This document shows positions 26,511 to 35,888 of a stretch of DNA of 64,000 nucleotides, in pieces (the first letter of the stretch is position 1; each line of letters starts with the position of its first letter). The notes beneath the pieces were generated by a model that had not been told where the DNA came from, searched no databases, and saw only the letters and a list, made by a program, of their open reading frames with translations. The stretch is taken from positions 3,214-67,213 of the forward strand of contig SXIR01000099.1 in assembly GCA_005772765.1 (NCBI GenBank). The letters run 5' to 3'. The position numbers and the translations under genes are program-made. Source of the stretch: Actinomycetota bacterium. GTDB taxonomy: Bacteria > Actinomycetota > Acidimicrobiia > IMCC26256 > PALSA-610.

Positions 26511-28046
26511 ATGCGTGTCGCTGCGTTGGACCTCGGATCCAACTCATTCCATCTGCTCGTCGCCGACGTCCATCCCGATCGGTCGTTCACGACGGTGACC
26601 CGCGAGAAGGAGATGCTCCGCCTGGGCGATGAGGTCGCCAAACACGGCCGGATCCGACCCGCCGCCGCCGACCGGGCGGTCGCCTGCGCCCGACGCCTTC
26701 GTGAGCTCGCGCTGGCCAACGGCGCCATCGACGTCGAGGCCGTCGCGACCGCGGCGATTCGCGCCGCGGAGAACGGCAGCGAGTTGGTCGACCGGCTCGC
26801 GGCCGAAGCGGGCTTGCACGTTCGCGTCATCGATGGGGTCGAAGAAGCCCGGCTCGTCTACGAAGCGGTGCGAGCCAGCATCGAGATCGACCCCGGCCCC
26901 GCGGTCGGTCTCGACCTCGGGGGCGGCAGCCTCGAGGTGTGGGTCGGTCACCGAGATCAGCTCCTCGACGCCACCAGCCTGCACCTCGGGGTCGGCGTCC
27001 TGCGCACGTTGGCGGGCGACGAGGATCCGATTCGGACCGCAGCCATCAAAGTGATCGCCAACCGCGTCGATGACGATCTTGGTCCGATCGCCGAACAGTT
27101 CGACGAACACGAACCGACGACCCTGATCGGCACGAGCGGGACCTTCGGCGATCTCGTCGCGATGACCTGCGACTACGTGGGACGACCCGTCTCGGGGCGA
27201 CGCAACCACCTCGCCATCACTCGTGCGGAGTTCGACGACTTCTACGCAGACCTCGTGCGGATGACCGCAAGCGAGCGTCGGCTGCTCCCCGGGCTCGAAG
27301 AAAAGCGTGTCGATCTCATCGTTCCCGGAGCAGTCGTGCTGCACCGTGTGTTTCGCCGTTTCGAGATCGACACGTTCACGTATTCCGACTGGGCACTCCG
27401 GGAAGGGATCTTGCTCGACGCGGTCGGTCGGGCGTCACCCGACGCTTTCGCCGACGACAACCAATCCGTGCAGCGTGCGTCGGTCGGTGCCCTCGCGCGC
27501 CGCTGCCGGTCCAACCTCGAGCACTGTGCGAACGTCTTGCACGTCGCACACAGGCTGTTCGACCAACTCGAACCCTTGCACGAACTCGACAAAGACGACC
27601 GGCTCGCGCTCGAACACGCCGTGCGCCTCCACGACATCGGCCAACACGTTTCGCACGAACGTCATCACGAGCACGCCGCGTATCTCGTCGAACACGGAGC
27701 GCTCCGCGGGTTCGATCACGAGCAGATCGCGTTCCTGGCAGCAATGGTGCGCCACCACCGGCGCGGCGAGCCCAAGCCGTCGGAACCCCGATTCGCGGCG
27801 CTGAGCCCGCGCGAACGCGCCCGCATGCGCAAGATTGTCGCCATCTTGCGAGTCGCTGACGGTCTCGATCGGGGACGACGCCAGCGCGTGCACGACATCG
27901 ATGTCGCCGACGACGGCGAGGTCGTGCACCTGACCTTGCACGCCGAGAGCGACCCCGAGCTCGAGATCTGGGGCGCGCGCCGCCGCGCTGCGCTCTTCGA
28001 AACAGTCTTTCGTCGGCGTCTGGCGATCACGGTCGACCCGCACTGA
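26511..28046 (+). CDS. Ppx/GppA family phosphatase with a C-terminal HD domain
   Basis: ATG at 26511. LDLGSNSFHLLV motif and the later HDIG motif. Confidence 0.9.
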   Translation: MRVAALDLGSNSFHLLVADVHPDRSFTTVTREKEMLRLGDEVAKHGRIRPAAADRAVACARRLRELALANGAIDVEAVATAAIRAAENGSELVDRLAAEAGLHVRVIDGVEEARLVYEAVRASIEIDPGPAVGLDLGGGSLEVWVGHRDQLLDATSLHLGVGVLRTLAGDEDPIRTAAIKVIANRVDDDLGPIAEQFDEHEPTTLIGTSGTFGDLVAMTCDYVGRPVSGRRNHLAITRAEFDDFYADLVRMTASERRLLPGLEEKRVDLIVPGAVVLHRVFRRFEIDTFTYSDWALREGILLDAVGRASPDAFADDNQSVQRASVGALARRCRSNLEHCANVLHVAHRLFDQLEPLHELDKDDRLALEHAVRLHDIGQHVSHERHHEHAAYLVEHGALRGFDHEQIAFLAAMVRHHRRGEPKPSEPRFAALSPRERARMRKIVAILRVADGLDRGRRQRVHDIDVADDGEVVHLTLHAESDPELEIWGARRRAALFETVFRRRLAITVDPH

Positions 28047-28075
28047 TGCCGCGCGGACCAATCCGACGAGACCGC

Positions 28076-28735
28076 TCAGCCAACGCCGTCGATCGTTTGA
28101 TGAACGATGTGCGCGCACGTCGTCACGACATCGTCACGCCCCACTCCCATCGACTCGAGCTCGACGTGAAACGCGGCCATTCGCTCGAGTAACGACATGA
28201 GCGCGGCTGCGGTTGCGATCGGCGACAGTGCGGAGTCGACGCGGCCATTCCGCTGCGAGGCGCGGACATGTTCGGCCAGACCGTCGACAAACGGTCGGTT
28301 CGCGCTCCGTCGGAGATCACGAAACCGGGGCTCACCTTCTTGGGCGGCGAGGTTACGGACTCGCAGCACGGCGGTGTGCTGGTCCCAGACCGCGATGAAC
28401 GCGTCGACGAAGCTGCGTGCCGCTTCGAGTTCGGCCCAATCGCCCCGCAGAAGATCGGCGAGCGGCGCCATCGCTTCGCCGCATTCGGCCGCGAGTACCA
28501 AGACGGCCTCTTCGACATCGCGAAAGTACTGATAGAAGGTCGCCGGCGACGCGCCGACTTCGCGTGCAATGTCGACGACTCGCAGGTCGCGCAGAGGCTG
28601 ACTCACGAGGAGCGTCGCGGTCGCGTCGAGCATGCGGCGCCGCGTCGCAGTGCCACGTCGACCGACGGTGCGGCCGTCGCTCGCGATGACGACGTCATTG
28701 CGTTCAGCCCCGTCCGGCGCCGGTTCCTCGCTCAT
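28076..28735 (-). CDS. TetR/AcrR family transcriptional regulator
   Basis: HTH VVDIAREVGASPATFYQYFRDVEEAV. ATGA overlap with the upstream DUF35 gene. Confidence 0.9.
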   Translation of the reverse strand: MSEEPAPDGAERNDVVIASDGRTVGRRGTATRRRMLDATATLLVSQPLRDLRVVDIAREVGASPATFYQYFRDVEEAVLVLAAECGEAMAPLADLLRGDWAELEAARSFVDAFIAVWDQHTAVLRVRNLAAQEGEPRFRDLRRSANRPFVDGLAEHVRASQRNGRVDSALSPIATAAALMSLLERMAAFHVELESMGVGRDDVVTTCAHIVHQTIDGVG

Positions 28736-29202
28736 GGCATCGGCTCGAAGTCGATCAACCCGAGGCCGTCACCCGCCGGTCGGAACACCGCCCGGACCGG
28801 CATGCCGATCGCCGCGCGCTCGGGCTCGCAGTTCGGCATTGCGGCCAACAGCCGCGCCCCGGCTTCGTCGAGGTCGACGGTCGCGACGACAAAAGGGATC
28901 CGATCCCGAAACGGCGGTACCCCGTTCTGACGAATCACCGTGAAGGAGTAGATCGTGCCGAGCCCGGATGCGGTGATGAACGCGACCGACTCGGAACCGC
29001 AGTGCGAACACAGCGCTCGCGGGTAGTGCTGATGCAGTCCGCACGACCCGCAACGTTGCACTCGCAGTTCCCCGCGCCCGGCGCCCTCCCAGAACTCACG
29101 ATCGTCCTCGGTGGGGGTCGGGGTCACCCACGGCGGGTTGATGTTCCAGTCGCCGCGTGCGCGTTCGCGATCGTCGTCGGCGGTGGTCCGCGACGTGTTC
29201 AT
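28732..29202 (-). CDS. Zn-ribbon / OB-fold DUF35 protein (thiolase partner)
   Basis: ATG at 29202 overlaps the thiolase stop (ATGA). CGSCG...CSHCGS zinc ribbon. Confidence 0.85.
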   Translation of the reverse strand: MNTSRTTADDDRERARGDWNINPPWVTPTPTEDDREFWEGAGRGELRVQRCGSCGLHQHYPRALCSHCGSESVAFITASGLGTIYSFTVIRQNGVPPFRDRIPFVVATVDLDEAGARLLAAMPNCEPERAAIGMPVRAVFRPAGDGLGLIDFEPMP

Positions 29203-30374
29203 CGGGGTGCGACCCCCAAGACGACAGTGGCCTGGGTCGACAGCCACCCACCGCTGCCGTTGCACACCGCCACGGCCGCGTCGGCCACCTGGCTCTCACC
29301 GGCATCGTGACGCAGTTGGCGGGCGGCCTCGGCAAGCAGGAAGAGTCCCCGCATTCCCGGGTGGGTACAACTCAATCCGCCACCGTCGGGATTGGTCGGC
29401 AACGCACCGCCGAGCCGCAGGTTGCCGTCGGCGACGAAGGGACCGCCTTCGCCCTTTGGCACGAACCCGAGGTCTTCGAGCATCACGAGCACCGTGTAGG
29501 TGAAGCTGTCGTAGCTGCAGAACACGTCGACATCGTTCGGCGTGACGCCCGCGGCCGCGAACGCGCGCCGTCCGGCCTCGGCCGCAGCGGTTGCGGTCAT
29601 GTCGGCCATGCCCTGGATCGAATGGTGTGTCGTGCCCCCCGACGCTCCGCGCACATAGACCGGCCTCGCTCCCCACCGCAGATCCCGAGCGATGTCGTCG
29701 GCCGCCAAGATGACGCACGCCCCACCGTCGGAGATCACGCAACAATCCAGCTTGTGCAACGGGTCGGCGACAAGCCGGCTCGCCAACACATCGTCGATCG
29801 TGATCGGATCGCGATACATCGCGGTCGGGTTCCGTCCGGCGTGTTCGCGCATCTGGACCGCGATCGACGCGAGCTGTTCGGATGTCGTGCCGAACTCGTG
29901 CATGTGGCGCCGCGCCGCCATCGCGTAGGCGCCAACGAGCGTGAGACCGGTCGGGAACTCGTAGCGCATCGGCCCGGGCGGAATCGCTCCGCCGCGGCTA
30001 CCGCCGCCGCCGGTTCCGAGTGTGCGACCGTTCGCCGTGAGTTGATTGGAGCCGTAACAGATCGCGACGACGTCGACATCGCCCGCCTCGATCGCGCGGT
30101 ATGCGTGGAGCGCGTGGAACTCGAAACTCGATCCGCCACAGCTCGTCGAGTCGAGCCACGCGGGTCGCAAGCCGAGGTACTCGGCGACCGCGACCTCGTG
30201 CATGCCGCCGTAGCCTGCCGACGCCAGCCCGTCGACCTGATCCTTGTGCAGTCCTGCGTCGGCCAGGGCCCGCACGAAACCTTGGGCGATCAGCTGGTTG
30301 TTGCCGAGTCCGGTCGCGTTCGGACCGTCGGCATGCCCGACTCCCACCACACACACGTTGCGTTTCACTGCCAC
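29199..30374 (-). CDS. Thiolase-like protein, SCP-x / lipid-transfer (Ltp) type
   Basis: VCVVGVGHAD N-terminus and NPDGGGLSCTHPGMRGLF C-terminal motif. Paralog of 9414..10556. Confidence 0.9.
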   Translation of the reverse strand: MAVKRNVCVVGVGHADGPNATGLGNNQLIAQGFVRALADAGLHKDQVDGLASAGYGGMHEVAVAEYLGLRPAWLDSTSCGGSSFEFHALHAYRAIEAGDVDVVAICYGSNQLTANGRTLGTGGGGSRGGAIPPGPMRYEFPTGLTLVGAYAMAARRHMHEFGTTSEQLASIAVQMREHAGRNPTAMYRDPITIDDVLASRLVADPLHKLDCCVISDGGACVILAADDIARDLRWGARPVYVRGASGGTTHHSIQGMADMTATAAAEAGRRAFAAAGVTPNDVDVFCSYDSFTYTVLVMLEDLGFVPKGEGGPFVADGNLRLGGALPTNPDGGGLSCTHPGMRGLFLLAEAARQLRHDAGESQVADAAVAVCNGSGGWLSTQATVVLGVAPR

Positions 30375-30482
30375 CCTTTCCGGGCACCCCGACCGGCCGA
30401 CGAGCGCGGCGGATCAGCGCCGGTTCGGGTGGCGAACCTACAAGCGTTCGACGCGACGTGTCAGGTCCGTAGGCTCGCACCG

Positions 30483-31664
30483 ATGCGTACTGCCGAGGCG
30501 TTGATCGTGGCGTATCTCCGGGCGCGCGGCGCCTCGCGGGTGTGGGGCGATCCCCTTGGCGATCTCCCGGTCGAGGCCTGCGCCGATCCCGACACCGTTG
30601 GCCGTTTGTGTGCTGCCGATGGTCGGCTCCATCGGGTCGGCGTCGGCTGGGACGCACCCGCGAATCGGCTGACGATCGCGTCTCGGCCCGGGCCCGCGCC
30701 GGTGCAGTCGTGCGACGATCCGGGCCACATCGCGCGGGTGATCGACACCGCGACCCGCCGGGTCGCGAGCGGCCACGAGGCCTTCGTCATCGACATTGGC
30801 TTCGAACTCGACGCCGAGGTGCCTGCTCGCGCTCGACCGCGCGTCCCGCAGGGATATACGCCGTTCGCGGGCAGGCTGCTCACCGGCGACCACCGCGTCG
30901 CAATGCTCGCCGGACCAGGAGTCGCGCGCGCCGGCGCGGTCGAAGCGCTGCACCGTTTCGCCGCCGCCGCGAACGTCGGCGTCGCGAACACCTGGGGGGC
31001 CAAGGGCCTGTTCCGCTGGGACAGCCCCCATCACATGGGCACCGTCGGGCTCCAACAACGCGACTTCGCGTTGGTGTTCGACGCCGTCGATCTGGTGCTG
31101 ACGACCGGGCTCGATCGCGATGAAACGCAACTCGCGTTCCCAGACCACGTCAGCGTCGTGCCCATCGATGCTCGCCAACTCGATCACCTCGTGGCGCTCG
31201 TGCACCCGAGCGCTCGGATCGAGCCCAACGCGTTCTATTCGGCGGTCGGCGCCGTTGCCCAACCCGGCTACGTCGACGAACGACGCCCGTACCACCCGGC
31301 GCGTGTCGTCGCGATGCTGCGCGCCGAGTTGCCCGCCGGGGGCGTCATCGCGGCACCCGCCGATCGAGTCGGGCGATGGATCGCCCGCACGTTCAGCACC
31401 ACAGACCTGGGCAGCGTCGTCGTGCCGGCGCGAGCGAGCGCCCTGGACGCCGCCGCGATCGTCACCGTGGCTGGGTTCGACGGACGCAGGGCCCTCCTCG
31501 CATTGCAGGCCGACGACGATGGCGACGACATCACCGCGCTCCTCGATCGGGTCGGGGATCGTGGCCCGGCCCCCAGCCGAGCAACCTGGGACAGCGACAC
31601 GTTGCCCATCGACTGGAGCTGCGACGACCTCCTCCGCGACGCCGTCGGCGAGTTCGTGTTCTGA
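30483..31664 (+). CDS. Thiamine-diphosphate-enzyme-fold protein (acetolactate-synthase-like middle domain), apparently degenerate
   Basis: ATG at 30483 (the N-terminal 442 codons of ORF 29157..31664 are antisense to the thiolase). The middle domain is recognisable (VAMLAGPGVARAG...ANVGVANTWGAKGLF). I could not find GDG...NN or the N-terminal catalytic Glu motif. Confidence 0.6.
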   Translation: MRTAEALIVAYLRARGASRVWGDPLGDLPVEACADPDTVGRLCAADGRLHRVGVGWDAPANRLTIASRPGPAPVQSCDDPGHIARVIDTATRRVASGHEAFVIDIGFELDAEVPARARPRVPQGYTPFAGRLLTGDHRVAMLAGPGVARAGAVEALHRFAAAANVGVANTWGAKGLFRWDSPHHMGTVGLQQRDFALVFDAVDLVLTTGLDRDETQLAFPDHVSVVPIDARQLDHLVALVHPSARIEPNAFYSAVGAVAQPGYVDERRPYHPARVVAMLRAELPAGGVIAAPADRVGRWIARTFSTTDLGSVVVPARASALDAAAIVTVAGFDGRRALLALQADDDGDDITALLDRVGDRGPAPSRATWDSDTLPIDWSCDDLLRDAVGEFVF

Positions 31665-31682
31665 GATCCGGGCGCGAACGGA

Positions 31683-31707
31683 CCCCCGGTCGAAATCGAC
31701 TCGGGGG
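31683..31707. terminator. GC-rich hairpin between convergent genes (candidate bidirectional terminator)
   Basis: CCCCCGGTCGA-AA-TCGACTCGGGGG with one bulge. No U-tract. Confidence 0.5.
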
Positions 31708-31733
31708 CCCGCTGCCTTCCAGCCGAAGACTTG

Positions 31734-32825
31734 TCAGCGCAGTGCGGCGTGACGGCGACTCAGCGCCAAGAGGCCAACGCCGACCAGCGCGACGACGAAG
31801 CCAAGCACTCCGAGCGGGGTCGAACCCGAACCGGTGACGGGCAACTCGTCGGTCGTCGGGCTCACGCTCGACGCGCTCGTGCCTTGGGTCGGCTCGGGCG
31901 AGGTCGTCGGCGGCACCGTCGTGGCTTGCGGCTGCACGATGTTGATCGACACCGTGGTCGTGTCGCACGGCAACGGCGAACCGGCGGGCCGACCGCGTCC
32001 GAACGCAGCTTCGACCAACTCGAACTCGGTGCAGATGCGGTAGTCGAACGAGTCCGACGTCGCGGTCGTGTCGGCATCGGCGGTGTAGGTGACCGTGCCG
32101 TCGGCTTCGATCTCGACGGTGCCCTCGCTGGGCGAGTCCATGATCTCGGGCGGCGTGACCTCACCGAGCGACACGCGCGACCGCGGCTCGTCGAAGTCGG
32201 CTGCTTCATCGTTGTTGAGCACCGCGATCGTGACCGACTCGCCCGGCTTGACCTCGGCCGTGTCGGGGTTCGCGTTCGGCGCGCCCGGAGGCGGCGGCAG
32301 CACGACGTCGACCGTGTGGAGGTCGTCCGATCCGGTGGGCGTGCACGTCACGGTCGTGAGCTTGTTGCCGCCGGTCAGCGCCACGTCGAACACGACGTTC
32401 TCCACGCTGACGGTCACCTCGCCGGGGCCTGAGCCACCGAACGCGAGGTCGAACGGACCGAAGACGGTCGTGTCGCCGATCGGGACCGCGACCTTTCCGA
32501 AGGTGCGCTGCACGAGATCGGGAACGACCCCAGGGGCAGTGAAGGTCACGGTGCCGGGGCCGATGTCAAGGTCGAACGCCTGATTGTTCGTGAACGGCAC
32601 CTCGATGTCGCTGATCGAGAAACCGGCGCCCGATTCGACCTCGTTGGGCGCGTCGAACGAGATCGCGAACGACGCGGCAATGTCGCCGGTGATGTTCGGG
32701 CTCTGCTTGCACAGCATGGCGATGGTCGTGCTCGCGGCGGCGGCTCGTTCGGTGGCCAGGGCAGCTGCGCCCGCACCGAACAGCCCCGCGACGACGAGCG
32801 TCGCGCCAATCTTGCGAATCCTCAT
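31734..32825 (-). CDS. LPXTG-anchored cell-surface protein with a cadherin-like/Ig-like domain
   Basis: RBS AAGGGGAGGA. Signal peptide. C-terminal LPVTG, then a hydrophobic stretch, then SRRHAALR. The PDTAEVKPGESVTIAVLNND...GTVTYTADAD pattern is present. Confidence 0.8.
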   Translation of the reverse strand: MRIRKIGATLVVAGLFGAGAAALATERAAAASTTIAMLCKQSPNITGDIAASFAISFDAPNEVESGAGFSISDIEVPFTNNQAFDLDIGPGTVTFTAPGVVPDLVQRTFGKVAVPIGDTTVFGPFDLAFGGSGPGEVTVSVENVVFDVALTGGNKLTTVTCTPTGSDDLHTVDVVLPPPPGAPNANPDTAEVKPGESVTIAVLNNDEAADFDEPRSRVSLGEVTPPEIMDSPSEGTVEIEADGTVTYTADADTTATSDSFDYRICTEFELVEAAFGRGRPAGSPLPCDTTTVSINIVQPQATTVPPTTSPEPTQGTSASSVSPTTDELPVTGSGSTPLGVLGFVVALVGVGLLALSRRHAALR

Positions 32826-33122
32826 GGGTCCTCCCCTTGCCTGCGACCCGGTGTGCCGAGCCGATCGGAGGCTAGAGGTGCTGGGCGGGCCCTGTCCAGG
32901 GCGTCCCTTTTCTCACCCGGAGCGGTCTCGGTCCGCAACGACGCGGGCATGCGGCCGTCGGCCAACGCGCCGAGCTGCATGATCGGAAGCGCCCGGGCGA
33001 CCTTCGTGCGATGACGCGGCCCCGTCCGCGGGCCGTGATCATCGGCACCGATCGCAGCATCATCGGGTGGAAGCCGAACACCGACCGGGCGCCAGGTGCG
33101 TATCGGGCGCACGACGGGCGAG

Positions 33123-34037
33123 CTAGGTCAGATCGAACGACTCGGTGAGGGTCCCGAAGCCAATGGCGCCGTTTTCGGTTCCCGCGGCGACCAGCACGTA
33201 CACGCGGGTGCCTGCCAGGATGATGCGCGCCTTGCCGCGCACGACACCTTCCTTGATCGACGCGTCGACGGCTTGGTAACGCTCGACCGTCAAGAAGTCG
33301 AGTTCCGATACCGATCCGTCGCCGCGCTCGGCCCATTCTTCGGCGTATTGCTGCAACAACGCGTTGGTGTCGTTGGTGGCGAGCATGTCGGACGGCAAGT
33401 CGATCCACAACACGCCAACCCCCGACTGCGCCTTGCCGTCCGGGGCGCTCATCAGCGCGACAACTTCGAAGCGTCGACCGCCGACGATGACGCTCTGGCC
33501 CATCTCGACGGGTTCGGTAGGAAATTTGACCGAGAACCGACCGGCGACCGATTGGTAGTCGACGCCTTCGCCCGCTTCGACGTACGCACGCCACTCCGCG
33601 GGAAGGTTCCGCGCCGTTGCCTGGTGCCAGGCGAACCATCCGGCGACCACGATCGCGATGGTCGTGAGCACGCCGAGGATCGGCAACTTCGTCGGCTTGG
33701 GTGCTTGGTGGATCGACGCCCACGACTCACCGACCGTCGGCACCCGTTCGTACCCGCCGCGCACGTCGTTGGGCGCAGAGGGTGCGAACGCGGGGGGTGT
33801 CGTGACACGGACTGGCGGCGCAACCGGCGACGCCGGCGGGGCAACGCCGGAACCGGCGAAGCGGGCTGCCCCGAAGGTCGCAGGCGCGCTGGGGTTGGTC
33901 GCCTTCGCCCCGGCGCCGACGAGCGAACGCGTCCGCGCGCACGCCAAGTCGGCGTCGCAACGCTTGCAGCGCTCCCATGCCGGCGGCACAAGGTATTGAC
34001 ACCCCGGACATTGCCGCACAAACAGATACTTCGGCAC
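33123..34037 (-). CDS. Hypothetical membrane protein with an N-terminal zinc ribbon
   Basis: CPGC...CKRC motif, a Pro/Ala-rich linker, the TM segment LPILGVLTTIAIVVAGWFAW, and an extracytoplasmic domain. Confidence 0.65.
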   Translation of the reverse strand: MPKYLFVRQCPGCQYLVPPAWERCKRCDADLACARTRSLVGAGAKATNPSAPATFGAARFAGSGVAPPASPVAPPVRVTTPPAFAPSAPNDVRGGYERVPTVGESWASIHQAPKPTKLPILGVLTTIAIVVAGWFAWHQATARNLPAEWRAYVEAGEGVDYQSVAGRFSVKFPTEPVEMGQSVIVGGRRFEVVALMSAPDGKAQSGVGVLWIDLPSDMLATNDTNALLQQYAEEWAERGDGSVSELDFLTVERYQAVDASIKEGVVRGKARIILAGTRVYVLVAAGTENGAIGFGTLTESFDLT

Positions 34038-34105
34038 CTATCGGACATACCTAAACAACTTGTACGTCGCGTGACCCAGGAGGCACAGATCGTCCAGGCG
34101 CGACG

Positions 34106-35665
34106 TCAGCGCCGCTCGAACTCGACGCCCGCAGCCTCACGGTCCCAGGTTGTCGGCGTCACGCCTTCGTCGCGGAGTTGATACTTCAAGACCCGACCCA
34201 CGGGATTGCGCGGCAGATCGTCACGGAACTCGATGTAGCGCGGGATCGCGAAGTAGGGCACGCGTTCGGCGACGAAACGGCACAGATCCTCTTCGCTCAC
34301 ATCGGCGTCGGCTTGGAGCACTGCGGTGACCTTGACATCGTCTTCGCCGATCGGGCTCGGCACCGCATGGACCGCGCAGTCCTTGATGGCCGGGTGGGCG
34401 AACAACGACTTCTCCATCTCGAAGCTCGAGATGTTCTCGCCGCGTCGACGCATCGAGTCCTTCTTGCGGTCGACGAAGTACAAATACCCAGCGTCGTCGA
34501 CACGACCGAGATCGCCGGTGTGGAACCACAGGTTGCGCCACGCGGCGACGGTGTCGGCAGGTCGGTTCCAGTAGCCGGCAAACATCCCGTCGGCCTGGCG
34601 AGGTCGACAACAGATCTCGCCGCGTTCCCCGGCGGCGACAGGCTGATCTTCGTCGTCGAGCAACACCACCTCGAACTCGACCTGGTTCAGCATTCCAGCC
34701 GCGCCGGGCCGGTTCTCGACCCCCGGCGGCAACGCGGCGATCAACGACGCCTCGGTGAGACCGAACCCGCCGCTGAAGGTCGCGCACCCGAATCGCTCGC
34801 GCCAGATGCGGTCGATGTCAGGTGGAATCGGTGCCGCCGCGCACACCCGCAGACGATGTCCGGACATGTCCGGATGATCAGCGGCGTTGGCGATCAGCGT
34901 GGCGAGGCTGCCGAGCATCGATGCCATCGTCGCACCCGTGCGTTGGATCTCGGGCCAGAACCCGCTGACCGAGAACTTGCGGGCGATGCTGGCGCGCCCA
35001 CCGATCACGAGCGTGCCGACGACACAGATCGAGATCGCATTGAGGTGGAACAACGGCAGCGGAGTCCACACGACGTCGTCGGAGGTGCGTTGCCACGCCC
35101 GGGCGATCTGCACGCTCATGCTGACGACGTAGTTGTGCGACAGCATGCAGCCCTTGCTCGGGCCCGTCGTTCCTGCGGTGTAGATGAAACACGCAAGGTC
35201 GCCGGGGCCGACGTCGGCATCGTCGACGTGCGGCCCGTCGAGGTCGGACAACTGCCCGACGCTGAGAACGTGGCGCAACTCGGGCGTCTCGGTTTCCGAC
35301 ACCGTGTCGTCGGCACGTTCGGCCAGATCATCGGCGATGACGAACACCACCGCGCCGCTGTCGGCGAGTTGGTGACGGAGGAACTCGCCCTTGTAGGCCG
35401 TGTTGATCGGTACCGCGATCGCACCGAGTCGCACCGTCGCGAAGAACAACACAACTTGTTCGGGTGCGTTCTCGACCAGGCTCGCGACGCGATCCCCGCG
35501 CTGCACACCGAGTGCGGCGAGCCCCCGAGCAACGCGGCGACTCTCGTCGTCGACGCGCCGAGCCGTCCACTGGTCGCCGTGAAAGTCGAGATAGTCACCG
35601 TCGGGGTCCGCGGCGAGACGCCGCGCCAACGCCGCGAGAATCGTCGTGCGCACCGCCTCAGTCAT
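34106..35665 (-). CDS. AMP-dependent acyl-CoA synthetase/ligase
   Basis: ATG at 35665 (residue 30 of the ORF). YTAGTTGPSKGC motif. Confidence 0.9.
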   Translation of the reverse strand: MTEAVRTTILAALARRLAADPDGDYLDFHGDQWTARRVDDESRRVARGLAALGVQRGDRVASLVENAPEQVVLFFATVRLGAIAVPINTAYKGEFLRHQLADSGAVVFVIADDLAERADDTVSETETPELRHVLSVGQLSDLDGPHVDDADVGPGDLACFIYTAGTTGPSKGCMLSHNYVVSMSVQIARAWQRTSDDVVWTPLPLFHLNAISICVVGTLVIGGRASIARKFSVSGFWPEIQRTGATMASMLGSLATLIANAADHPDMSGHRLRVCAAAPIPPDIDRIWRERFGCATFSGGFGLTEASLIAALPPGVENRPGAAGMLNQVEFEVVLLDDEDQPVAAGERGEICCRPRQADGMFAGYWNRPADTVAAWRNLWFHTGDLGRVDDAGYLYFVDRKKDSMRRRGENISSFEMEKSLFAHPAIKDCAVHAVPSPIGEDDVKVTAVLQADADVSEEDLCRFVAERVPYFAIPRYIEFRDDLPRNPVGRVLKYQLRDEGVTPTTWDREAAGVEFERR

Positions 35666-35754
35666 GGGCGGACGCTCGCGAACACGATGTGGACGGGTTG
35701 GCGATCTGCATTCGATGTTTGTAGCCGAGACTGGTTGCTCACGTGCGACCACGA

Positions 35755-35796
35755 GTCCGTCGAGAATTGTCCGTCGAGAATTGTCCGTCGAGAACC
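35755..35796. repeat. 14-bp tandem repeat x3 (GTCCGTCGAGAATT x2, GTCCGTCGAGAACC)
   Basis: Direct reading. Lies 90-130 nt upstream of the acyl-CoA synthetase start, downstream of the ACAD stop. Confidence 0.85.
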
Positions 35797-35888
35797 ATCA
35801 TCGTTTCGTCACGCGCCGGGCCGGGTCAAACCTACGCCCGGTGCTCGCCCAGGATGTGAGCGCTTCCGGGGTGGAGCCGCGGGGCGAA

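Noticed and set aside
29157-30482. The N-terminal 442 codons of the 835-aa ORF 29157-31664
   Set aside because: This part is antisense to the well-supported thiolase and DUF35 genes and has a low-complexity Arg/Gly composition. The credible protein starts at ATG 30483.
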